From assembly GCA_048500675.1 (NCBI GenBank), contig DBFSAO010000141.1, forward strand, positions 3,782-67,781: a stretch of 64,000 bases of DNA. The letters are read 5' to 3'. Source of the DNA: Collinsella sp. (GTDB lineage: Bacteria > Actinomycetota > Coriobacteriia > Coriobacteriales > Coriobacteriaceae). The notes beneath the pieces were generated by a model. The model did not search any database, was not told the DNA's origin, and saw only the letters and a list, made by a program, of their open reading frames with translations. Below, in pieces: positions 9,801-17,626 of this stretch. Numbering within the stretch: the first letter of the stretch is position 1; the number at the start of each line of letters is the position of its first letter. A program made the translations under genes and the position numbers.

Positions 9801-10945
9801 GGTGCCGAGACCACGATGGCGAGGTCATCGCAAAAATCGCGATCGAGGTCGCCGGCCGCTAGCGAAACGACAGGAGCTGACTGAAGCTGCGTCCAGGAGT
9901 CGTTCCCGCCCTTGTTGTGCGTGGTGTAGTCCGCGGCGTTACCGGCATCGATCTTGACGACGCTTTGCTTCCAGTTGCCGCCCTCCAAGTCATACATGTC
10001 GACTACAGCCTTGCGCACGCCGTTCTCGTCGACATAGCAGCCCGCGTAGACAAAAAGCTCGTCGACGCCGTCGCCATCGACATCGCCCGCCTCGACATCA
10101 AAGACGGCGTCGTGCTCTTGCAGGTAACCGGCATCCAGGTACTTAAAACGGCCTTCGTACATCATATTAGTGTTGACCGTCACCGGCAGGTGTGTGTCGA
10201 GAGTGCGCGTACGCCCGTTGCTAAACGAGTAGAGGACCAGCTCAACCTTTCCGGCGTATGACTTGCCGTCAATCGTCGTGGAGGAACTGTCGCCGTAGGC
10301 ACGGAGCTCGGCAACGCGGCTCTTTTTGCCCGTGCTGGCGTCGCTGCAGAACTCAACACTCGTGGCGTGAATGCCCGAGAAACCGTTGTTGTCGTTGGCG
10401 AGTACTGTTGAGGACTCATTGTTGCTTAGGTACGACCAGGTGCCGCCACCGTAGTCGCTATGCTTGTAGAGATCGCTGTTCGTATCGAAGTTGTTGACGT
10501 TTTGCCAGAACTTTGCGGCGCCCCACACACTTCCATAGCCATCGGTGAGTTTGCTGCTGCCGCCAATGTCACCGCGCTCGACGTTCTCGAGCTTGTCGCG
10601 CAGAGTGTAGCGATTGCCATGGCTACCGTTAGCTGCCATATAGACCTCGCTGCGCGTGGCAAACGTCGTGGGGGTATCAGTGGAATAGGGGCCAACGGTA
10701 TCGGCCGGAATGTCCTCGCTCGTGCCCAGACCCAGGGCTTGATAATCCTGCTCGGTCATATCGGTGATTGCGGGCGCGTCTGCCGCCTGGGCAACCTGGG
10801 GCGTGGCCGTGAAGCAGGCGACGCTCGTGGCGATCAACGCAGCAAGCGCCGCCGTCCCAACAAGCGGGATTTTCGACAGCCTACGGATACGGGGGTGTGG
10901 AACGTACATGAGGGACCTCGCTTTACTCGAGTGGAGTGGACTCAT
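6824..10945 (-). CDS. Large cell-wall-anchored surface protein: signal peptide, FG-GAP/VCBS-like repeats, unassigned beta-rich module, FN3 and Ig-like domains, LANTG sorting signal
   Basis: N-terminal signal (LVGTAALAALIATSVACFTATPQVAQA). DVDGDGVDELFVY and AAGDLDRDFCDDLAIVV resemble FG-GAP-type Ca-binding loops. An FN3-like stretch ends in NTEYRFAIAAV. The C-terminus is LANTGD plus a hydrophobic helix plus KRRKNH. Confidence 0.85.
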   Translation of the reverse strand: MSPLHSSKARSLMYVPHPRIRRLSKIPLVGTAALAALIATSVACFTATPQVAQAADAPAITDMTEQDYQALGLGTSEDIPADTVGPYSTDTPTTFATRSEVYMAANGSHGNRYTLRDKLENVERGDIGGSSKLTDGYGSVWGAAKFWQNVNNFDTNSDLYKHSDYGGGTWSYLSNNESSTVLANDNNGFSGIHATSVEFCSDASTGKKSRVAELRAYGDSSSTTIDGKSYAGKVELVLYSFSNGRTRTLDTHLPVTVNTNMMYEGRFKYLDAGYLQEHDAVFDVEAGDVDGDGVDELFVYAGCYVDENGVRKAVVDMYDLEGGNWKQSVVKIDAGNAADYTTHNKGGNDSWTQLQSAPVVSLAAGDLDRDFCDDLAIVVSAPYGKKNIDKSTHCELFSWDASKGALVHVDALGDAGAISLSANGKTMVAANATFGTFAAYDEEGKKTGETVTGLILAGYDWQRSAFDYGASDGSKGLYGALYRYAYFDSESGEFKLSDCKEYRDGLLASYGLMHAPNSAWKDSAQDKRYPCTLAPIALATANLDGLSEQLAVDEVLVGGDVFRDFACNTAQSGAQGLGSMVGTMSMSGQQYNSSNKHDHKGIEQVWISDVKAGSVSGSDRYNESFIAVVGKHRDEDLRKNDDYYWMTASHFSLDENGKVRRGEEQVISESNRRGTTYGTFISLALPDVDNDSVKITYKDRYKVYTNPRVLAVLQDAPYVEDLEQAYGYLVLGGTSYGEEKGTGTSQGYTIGAELGVAVEVQTGPPLVAMNASVDFAAEGCYDYRSERTVSASVSYESHAGEGDKAVLYTIPMVYYEYEIENEETGGKGVMAAPVSLGAHTSVVNVEAYDRIAKQHNMTPLSYFLTNRSGEPGTYQTTLNGETPVGDSFGLGKPGVTRAYTHDGFNGAAAQSGASIEQTIEVEEGKEQELELGLTLNGSVVMGAKLAKHELFGGLCFGANAGFTTGNSSSESTEYGGTVDNLPEAAQGKYGFVWRLGVNAVDVDKFEADSGDKLGTKDTDQFWIVGYDVKDVEMPDAPAVTGFTANAVDSTSVTFSWDDVLANKSGFSYGVGMLQSNAADAVVNSWKIADNTQTSLKWDGLQPNTEYRFAIAAVKNGSTTETGIRSAIITVKTMPDGMTMTVSGPAADAAEGSDLGYDSSVERTAGSHLTLSAIGHVKQLGADDSETGLAPTYMWYRKGRGETEFKLVGADGNLAAGTASKLEIDLTADDDGAQYYCHVGYNDVGLDTGTTLVNIEAEETAPTTVNATPIRTRLFKRASAGAKKFLDHTLVNTAGSTDSEGSKDPETPETPTNPDKPKSDNGAKTDTKVKTTTTAKNLANTGDQTFALVATAAAAGIILVAIALVMLAKRRKNH

Positions 10946-11435
10946 TTTTGCAAATGATACGTCCGATGCCCGATATCACGTGTCTCATTTTCGCCAACGG
11001 CGTGTCTCATTTTTGAGAATCCGAGATGCCGCGGAAATCTTATCCCAGCTCAAAGGCCATTTCTGGGATGTATTTTCCGTCGAGTGCCTCATCGGGAAAC
11101 TGCATCCCATTTCAAGCGTCGATTCTTGGACGCACTTTCCCCTTAGACCCTCAACCGGAAACCGCATCCCACTTTGAGCGCAAATTCCGGGATGCATTTT
11201 CCGGTTTTGCTCTCATTGGGAAAATGCATCCCGTTTCTTGACCGAATAATGGGACGCAATTTCCCGTTGGAACGCCTTTGGGAAAGTGTGTCCCACTTCG
11301 AACGCCCAGAGTGGGATGCACTTTCCGCAAAGCACCTCAACGGGAAACTACGTCCCATTCCAAAGGCAAATTCCGGGACGCATTTTTCGAAAGCCTGCCC
11401 ATCCGGAAAGCCCGTCCCACTTTGGACGCATCCGG
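10940..11435. repeat. Tandem array of 62-bp hairpin units (6 conserved plus 2 decayed)
   Basis: Units start at 11064, 11126, 11188, 11250, 11312 and 11374, exactly 62 bp apart. Each has arms GGGAYGNNNTTTCC / GGAAANNNCRTCCC around a 12-14 nt loop plus a 16-nt conserved linker. Decayed units at 10940 and 11002 reach the adhesin start codon. Confidence 0.85.
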
Positions 11436-11478
11436 GCACGGAACCATCGACCTATCAGGCCTCCCATCAATAAAGAGG

Positions 11479-11607
11479 CGTCCTCCCGGACGGCGGGGCA
11501 CGAAGTTCATCGCGAGTTCCGCACGCAAAGAAGGCCACTTAATGTGGCCTTCGTCTTGCGCAGGACTGTAGAGCAGGGAACTTCGTGCCCCGACGCCCGG
11601 GAGGACG
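11479..11607 (-). repeat. Long imperfect palindrome, family P copy 2 (129 bp)
   Basis: Arms CGTCCTCCCGGACGGCGGGGCACGAAG / CTTCGTGCCCCGACGCCCGGGAGGACG and apical hairpin GAAGGCCACTTAATGTGGCCTTC. It lies 43 bp downstream of the flavodoxin-like stop. Confidence 0.8.
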
Positions 11608-11649
11608 TTTCATTTAGAAAGATGGACCGACCGCCGTCAGCGATGGGAG

Positions 11650-12207
11650 CTACTCCCCCAGCACGGCCTTCTTGGCCGCCGCCGCCATGTTGTCCAGATC
11701 TTCCTTGGTGGGGTGATCCTTTGCGGCAACCCAGTTGTCGAGCAGCAACTTAGCGCGCGCGTTGTCGGGATCTTGCTCGAGCATGGCCTCGTAGCGCTGC
11801 TTGACCGCAGGGCCCATCTTACCCTGGCACATCGCCCAGCCCGCAAGCTCGGCATCATCGGCCAAATTGGAAGTTACGCGGTCGATAATCTGCTGATAAT
11901 AGCTCTGGTCGGCGCCAAAACCGCAGGTACCAAACAGGAAGACGCGCTTACCGTGCAAGGCGGAGAGCAACGCCGCGACCGAAGGCGTGCACGCGCCCTT
12001 GTCGCACCAAAAACCGACGAGCACCGTGTCGGCCGCGCAGGCGCCCTGCGCCTCGAGCGCAACCTGATCTGCATCTGCATCGTCACTCAACGCCGCGGCA
12101 TGGACAAACTCAACGCCCGCAGCCTGCAAAGTGCGCTTGATCGCACCCGAAACCATCCTGGTATTACCGCTCTTGCTGTTAACCACCAAAGAGCACGTCA
12201 TAGTCAC
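11650..12207 (-). CDS. Flavodoxin-like family protein
   Basis: N-terminal LVVNSKSGNTRMV (flavodoxin phosphate-binding-type loop) and about 185 aa. Confidence 0.65.
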   Translation of the reverse strand: MTMTCSLVVNSKSGNTRMVSGAIKRTLQAAGVEFVHAAALSDDADADQVALEAQGACAADTVLVGFWCDKGACTPSVAALLSALHGKRVFLFGTCGFGADQSYYQQIIDRVTSNLADDAELAGWAMCQGKMGPAVKQRYEAMLEQDPDNARAKLLLDNWVAAKDHPTKEDLDNMAAAAKKAVLGE

Positions 12208-12328
12208 GTTGCCTCGTTTCCCCCAAAACTAAAGCCACTAATGCAATTAATTAGATGAATATCTTAGTACTAACGTGACAGATGTAAACCACCGTCTGTC
12301 GATTGATTAATTTGCCCCACGGGCTTGC

Positions 12329-14188
12329 TCACTGGGCGAACTGGCTGCGGTAGAGTTCGGCGTAGAAGCCACCTGCCGCTAGCAGCTCGTCGTGCGTGCC
12401 GCGCTCGATAATCTCGCCGTCGCGCATCACCAGAATGCAGTCGGCGTTGCGGATGGTGCTCAGGCGGTGCGCCACCACAAAGCTTGTGCGGCCAGCCATG
12501 AGCTCGTCGAATGCTGCCTGCACCTGCAGCTCGGTGCGGGTATCGATGCTCGACGTTGCCTCGTCCAGCAGCAAGATCGCCGGGTCGGTAAGCATGACGC
12601 GCGCGATGCACAGCAGCTGTTTTTGACCCTGGCTAAACGTGCCGCCGTCCTCGCCAATCACCGTGTCGTAGCCGCCTGGCAGCTGCACGATAAACTTGTG
12701 CGCATGCGCGCGTTTGGCCGCCTCGATAACCTGTTCGCGTGTGGCATCGGGACAACCGTAAGCGATGTTTTCCGCCACCGTGCCCTCAAACAGCCAAGTG
12801 TCCTGCAGTACCATGCCAAAGGCACGGCGCAGGCTTGCGCGCGTGTAGTCACGCGAGGAACGGCCATCGACCGCGATGCGACCGGCATCGATATCGTAAA
12901 AACGCAGCAGCAAATTGATGAGCGTTGTCTTGCCACAGCCCGTGGGGCCGACGAGGGCAAAGCGCGTGCCGGGCTTGGCATCGATGCAGATATCCTGCAG
13001 CAGTTTGCGGTCGGGCACGTAGCTAAAGTCCACATGCTCAAAGGCAACCTCGCCCTTCGGGGCGGCGAGCTCAATGGCATCCACAGCGTCGGGCTCCTGC
13101 TCGCGCGCATCGAGCAGCGCAAACATGCGGCGCGCCGAGGCGTACGCGGTCTGAATCTGCGTAATAACGTTGGTGACCTCGTTGAACGGCTTGGTGTACT
13201 GGTTGGCGTAGGACAGGAAGATCTGCACGCCGCCCACCGTAAGCGCCGCCGGCACACCCGTGATCACGCCCACGCAGCCGATCACGGCGACCACGGCGTA
13301 GATGATGTTGTTGATAAAACGCGTGCCGGGGTTGGAGAGCGAACCCATAAACTGCGCGCGCTCACCTGCCGTATAGAGCTCGGCGTTGAGGGCATCAAAG
13401 CGCAGCTGCGCGTTGGGGCCATAGGCAAACGCATCCACCAGCTTTTGCTCGCCCACATACTCCTCGATATGACCGCCGAGCTGCCCTTGAATACGCTGCT
13501 GAGCCGTAAAGCTTTTGTTGGAGAGCTTGGCGATGGCGCCAGCTGCAAAGATGGAAAGCGGCGTGACGAGCACCACCACGAGTGTCATGGTCAGGTTAAT
13601 GGAGAGCATAAACGCAAGCGTGCCCACGATGGTGATGACGCCGGTAAAGAGCTGGGTAAAGCCCTGCAGCAGACCGTCGCCCACCTGATCGACGTCGTTG
13701 ACCACGCGGCTCATAAGGTCGCCGTGGGCATGGCTGTCGACAAAGCTGAGCGGCATGCGGCTGAGCTTGTCGCTCGCCTCCACGCGCATGTCGCGCACCG
13801 TTTCGTAGGACAGGCGGTTGACGCAGTAGCCCTGCAGCCACTGAAAGGCCGCAGCACCCATCACGACAATCGCGAGTTTGGTAACGAGCGGCAGCAGCGC
13901 ATCGAAGTCCACCTGCCCGGTGGCGACGATCAGGTCGATGCCCTCACCAATGAGGATGGGCGTGTAGAGCTGCAGAATCACCGAGATGGCGGCGCTCACA
14001 AACGACGCCGTAAACGAAATACGGTGCGGGCGAACATAGCCCAGCAGGCGGCGCGTCACCGCGCCCACGGGATAGCGCTCGGGATCACCGGGTTGGCGCG
14101 GGCCGTCGCCCAGGTCGTTGAGCTTGTCGTTACCGGACACGTTGGCCGTCATCGTGGCGACCGAACCGGAAGAAGTATACGGATTCAT
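12329..14188 (-). CDS. ABC transporter, fused permease/ATP-binding subunit (type I exporter half-transporter)
   Basis: 6-TM domain followed by Walker A GPTGCGKTT, signature FSQGQKQ and Walker B LLLDEATS. Confidence 0.9.
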   Translation of the reverse strand: MNPYTSSGSVATMTANVSGNDKLNDLGDGPRQPGDPERYPVGAVTRRLLGYVRPHRISFTASFVSAAISVILQLYTPILIGEGIDLIVATGQVDFDALLPLVTKLAIVVMGAAAFQWLQGYCVNRLSYETVRDMRVEASDKLSRMPLSFVDSHAHGDLMSRVVNDVDQVGDGLLQGFTQLFTGVITIVGTLAFMLSINLTMTLVVVLVTPLSIFAAGAIAKLSNKSFTAQQRIQGQLGGHIEEYVGEQKLVDAFAYGPNAQLRFDALNAELYTAGERAQFMGSLSNPGTRFINNIIYAVVAVIGCVGVITGVPAALTVGGVQIFLSYANQYTKPFNEVTNVITQIQTAYASARRMFALLDAREQEPDAVDAIELAAPKGEVAFEHVDFSYVPDRKLLQDICIDAKPGTRFALVGPTGCGKTTLINLLLRFYDIDAGRIAVDGRSSRDYTRASLRRAFGMVLQDTWLFEGTVAENIAYGCPDATREQVIEAAKRAHAHKFIVQLPGGYDTVIGEDGGTFSQGQKQLLCIARVMLTDPAILLLDEATSSIDTRTELQVQAAFDELMAGRTSFVVAHRLSTIRNADCILVMRDGEIIERGTHDELLAAGGFYAELYRSQFAQ

Positions 14189-16045
14189 CTAGCAGCCCTC
14201 CTTTGCGCAGACGGATGCGGGGACGGTTGGGGCAGACGCGGGCGCCGCACTCCCCTGCTGGCCCTCGAGCTCCTCGCGGCGAAGCTGCGACTGGCAGATC
14301 TCTCGGTAGAGCTGGCAGCTTGCATACAGCTCGTCATGCGTGCCCAGGCCCGCAACCGAGCCGTGGTCGAGTACGCAGATCATGTCGGCATCGCGCACGG
14401 TCGAGACGCGCTGGCTCACGATGACGGTCGTGAGCGGCAGCCCGCCCTCGGCGGCACCGCGCACGCTACGCTCGCGGACGGCATGGCGAAGCGCCGCGTC
14501 GGTCTTAAAGTCGAGCGCCGAGGCAGAATCGTCCATGATCAGGACCTGTGGCGAGCCCACCAGGGCACGCGCGATGGTCAGGCGCTGGCGCTGGCCACCG
14601 CTAAAGTTCTTGCCGCCCGCCTCGACCGGGGCATCGAGCCCCTGCGACTTGTTGCGCACGAACTCGCTCGCCTGCGCCATATCGAGCGCTGCCCAGAGCT
14701 CCTCGTCGGTCGCCGACTCGTCACGCCAGGTCAGGTTGCTGCGGATGGTGCCGCTCACCAGCGACGCTCGCTGCGGAACGGTCGCGACCACGTGGCGCAG
14801 CTGGTCGAGCGGCCAAGTGCGCACGTCGGTACCCATCACGCTCACGCTGCCGGTGCCCGCATCGTACAGGCGCGGGATGAGCGAGACGAGCGTGGACTTG
14901 CCGCTGCCCGTGCCGCCGATAATGCCGAGCGTTTTGCCCAGCGGCAGCTCCAGGGTCACATCGTCGACGGCGTTGGCAGCGCCCGCGCCAAACGAAAAAC
15001 TCGCATGGTCAAAGCTCAGCGCGGGGACCAGAACAGCGCCACCCGCCAGGTCGCTCGGCTCGGGCAGTGTGACCGACTGGTTGTCCTCGTCGGTGATGCT
15101 CGGCACGCAATTGAGCACCTCGTTGATGCGCGACGCACTGGCGCTCGCCTTGGTAAAGACCACGACCAGGTTGGCGACATACACGATGGAGGTCAGGGTC
15201 TGCGTCATGTAGTTGACGAACGCCATGACCTGGCCCTGCGTAAGCTCGCCCACGTTGACCTGGATGCCGCCCACCCACAGGATGGCGCACACGCCCAGGT
15301 TCATCACCAAAAACGTGACGGGATTAAGGATTGACGAAAGCTTGCCCACCGCGATGGCGGTATGTGCCTGGTCATCGGCCGCTTGGGCAAAGCGCTCGCG
15401 CTCATGGTCCTCGCGCACAAAGGCGCGAACCACGCGGGCGCCCGAAAGCCCCTCGCGGCAAATGAGCGCGATGCGGTCGAGCTTTGCCTGCAGCTGCTTG
15501 TAGTACGGAATGCAGCGCGCCATAACAAACCAGAACACCAGGCCGATAGCGGGCGTGCAGATCAAAAAGATGATGCCGAGCTTAAGGTCGATGGCAAGGG
15601 CCGCGCACATAGAGCCCACCGCTAGGAAGGGCCAGCGGATGAGCATGCGCACGCCCAGCGCCACAGCGAGCTGCACCTGGTTGACGTCGTTGGTAATGCG
15701 CGTGATGAGCGACGGCGTGCCAAAACGGTCGAGTTCGGCATAGCTCAGCTTGTTGATGTGCTGGTAGAGCGCGCCGCGAATGTCGGTGCCCATGCCCTGC
15801 GAGGTGAGCGCCGCCATCTTTTGGCAGACGAGCGTAAACGAGATGCCGATCACAGCCATGGCGGCGAGCACCGCGCCGTAACGGACGACGGCGTTGACAT
15901 CGTGTGCGCCGATGCCCTTATCGATCATCTGGGCAATCACCAGTGGCGTAAGCAGGTCAAAGATCACTTCGATCAGCTTGCACGCAGGACCAATCACCAT
16001 ATAGCGGCGAAACTTACCGCCAAAACGCCTGAGCAGCTCAATCAT
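14189..16045 (-). CDS. ABC transporter, fused permease/ATP-binding subunit (partner half-transporter)
   Basis: Walker A GGTGSGKST, signature FSGGQRQ and Walker B LIMDDSAS. Its stop abuts the start of the downstream partner. ATG at 16045 (MIELLRRFGG) is preferred over the track start at 16102. Confidence 0.9.
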   Translation of the reverse strand: MIELLRRFGGKFRRYMVIGPACKLIEVIFDLLTPLVIAQMIDKGIGAHDVNAVVRYGAVLAAMAVIGISFTLVCQKMAALTSQGMGTDIRGALYQHINKLSYAELDRFGTPSLITRITNDVNQVQLAVALGVRMLIRWPFLAVGSMCAALAIDLKLGIIFLICTPAIGLVFWFVMARCIPYYKQLQAKLDRIALICREGLSGARVVRAFVREDHERERFAQAADDQAHTAIAVGKLSSILNPVTFLVMNLGVCAILWVGGIQVNVGELTQGQVMAFVNYMTQTLTSIVYVANLVVVFTKASASASRINEVLNCVPSITDEDNQSVTLPEPSDLAGGAVLVPALSFDHASFSFGAGAANAVDDVTLELPLGKTLGIIGGTGSGKSTLVSLIPRLYDAGTGSVSVMGTDVRTWPLDQLRHVVATVPQRASLVSGTIRSNLTWRDESATDEELWAALDMAQASEFVRNKSQGLDAPVEAGGKNFSGGQRQRLTIARALVGSPQVLIMDDSASALDFKTDAALRHAVRERSVRGAAEGGLPLTTVIVSQRVSTVRDADMICVLDHGSVAGLGTHDELYASCQLYREICQSQLRREELEGQQGSAAPASAPTVPASVCAKEGC

Positions 16046-16260
16046 GTATAGGCGCTCCCTATCATCATCCACATTCAATTCGAACCATGATAGTACCGCC
16101 ACCCCAAAAGAAGCGTAAACAACTCGTCATTTCTAATGGGATTCGGTTTCCAAAGAAGCGGAAAGGCACGCGCACACCCAGCCAGTGTCGGGTCGACCGC
16201 TTGGTATACTTACATTAGTGCTACCAAGTTAGTCGCCAACCCTTGAAATGAGGTGCCGAG

Positions 16261-17328
16261 ATGAACGACATTCTCGCAAGAAGTGCAAGACGCGCAACCG
16301 TGGGCATCGCCCTTTCCGCGGCACTTGTCGCAGGAATCGCCCCCGCAACGGCGATAGCGGCGGAAACCAGTTCCCCCACCGGTGCGGCCGTTTCGCAGAC
16401 GAGCGCCGCCAACGGCAATTCGGGCGCCCCGCAGACAGAAGACGCGGCCGCCGCAAAAGAAAAAGCGTATGCAGCCATGCAGGAAGCGCTCAAAAACCTC
16501 GAGGCCGCAAAAGACGCCGCAAGTCCCGAGAAAATTGCGAGATTCAATGATGACATTGCCCGTTTTCAAGAGCTCCGCGACAAGATGGCGGCGCAAGCCG
16601 TCGAAGAGAGGGAACTCCTTCCCACCATGCAAGCGGACATCGATGCAGCCCAAGCCAAATACGACGGGGCCATCAACCGGGTAAGCGAGCTCCAAGCAGA
16701 ATTAGACAAGAAACTTGAGGTGCTTAAGGCACTCGAAGCGCTCGGCGACGAGGAGCTTGTCGAAACTGTTAAACAGCAAATAAAGCAGTTGCGCCAAGAG
16801 ATCGTAACGGCAAAAGCGCGAGTTGACTTTTGCGAAATGGAGCTCCGCGAGGTCAAGGGCCGCCTCGAAAGGCAGGAAAGACAAGTTAATGACTGTGAAC
16901 GTGCTGCAGAGAAGTATAAAGCCCATACCGACCAGTTCATAGCCTGGCGAGATGCGCTCCTCGACAATTTGAAAAAAGCGCAAACGGCCTATGACGACGC
17001 CTGCAAGGCATACGAAGAGGCAAAGGCCGCAGCAGACAAGGCCACCTCGCCCGAGATAACGCAACCGACCGAGACGACGCCTCCCTCCAACTCGGCGCAA
17101 CCGGCCGAGGCGACACAGCCCACCGGCTCGTCCGCGACCGGCAAAAATACCCCGCCAAGCTCCACCAAGCAGGCGAACTCGAGCAGCGGCAAGCAAGCAG
17201 ATACGACCGCCGGCAAGCTCGCGAACACGGGCGACGCAGCGCCGAGCGCAATCGCACTCGCAGGAATCGCCGCCGTAGGACTCGGAATAACCACCGCAGC
17301 CACACGCCGCATCAAGAACTCAAAATAG
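16261..17328 (+). CDS. Coiled-coil surface protein with signal peptide and LANTG cell-wall sorting signal (paralog A)
   Basis: Signal peptide ending ATAIAAE, a long Ala/Glu/Lys/Gln-rich helical core, a Pro/Thr/Ser stalk, and LANTGD plus hydrophobic helix plus RRIKNSK. GAGGTG lies upstream of the ATG. Confidence 0.8.
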   Translation: MNDILARSARRATVGIALSAALVAGIAPATAIAAETSSPTGAAVSQTSAANGNSGAPQTEDAAAAKEKAYAAMQEALKNLEAAKDAASPEKIARFNDDIARFQELRDKMAAQAVEERELLPTMQADIDAAQAKYDGAINRVSELQAELDKKLEVLKALEALGDEELVETVKQQIKQLRQEIVTAKARVDFCEMELREVKGRLERQERQVNDCERAAEKYKAHTDQFIAWRDALLDNLKKAQTAYDDACKAYEEAKAAADKATSPEITQPTETTPPSNSAQPAEATQPTGSSATGKNTPPSSTKQANSSSGKQADTTAGKLANTGDAAPSAIALAGIAAVGLGITTAATRRIKNSK

Positions 17329-17377
17329 CTGCCAGAGCATACTACCTTCGCCAATCCACAAACCCAGAGACAAAAGA

Positions 17378-17415
17378 GACCCGTTTCCCCAACCCAGGGA
17401 AACGGGCCTCTTTAC
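17378..17415 (+). terminator. Intrinsic terminator CCCGTTTCCC-N7-GGGAAACGGG
   Basis: 10-bp stem followed by CCTCTTTAC, about 50 bp after the paralog A stop. Confidence 0.6.
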
Positions 17416-17626
17416 TTGAAAAACAGATGGTAATGCCGCCGTCTCTTGAACCGCGCAGCCATCAATGCCCAGACAACACCAGCAAGCCGCGTTCCTTAAG
17501 GGATAGATTTAATGGCTGTTAATCAAGGGGTATACGCGCACGCCCGATCAATGGCGGGCAAACCGCCTGATATACTTACATTAGTGCTACCAAGTTAGTC
17601 GCCGACCCTTGAAATGAGGTGCCGAG

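Noticed and set aside
10940-11435. CRISPR array interpretation of the 62-bp periodic repeats
   Set aside because: The conserved 14-mer occurs alternately in forward and reverse-complement orientation within each unit, forming a hairpin. The segments that would be spacers (loop and linker) are themselves conserved between units. The units are degenerate rather than near-identical, and no cas genes or leader are present in the window.
12392-15334. 980-aa plus-strand ORF antisense to the two ABC transporter genes
   Set aside because: The product is Arg/Ala/Gly/His-rich and low in complexity, with no recognisable motifs. It overlaps two minus-strand genes that have unmistakable Walker, signature and TM features. 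This is a typical GC-rich antisense artefact.
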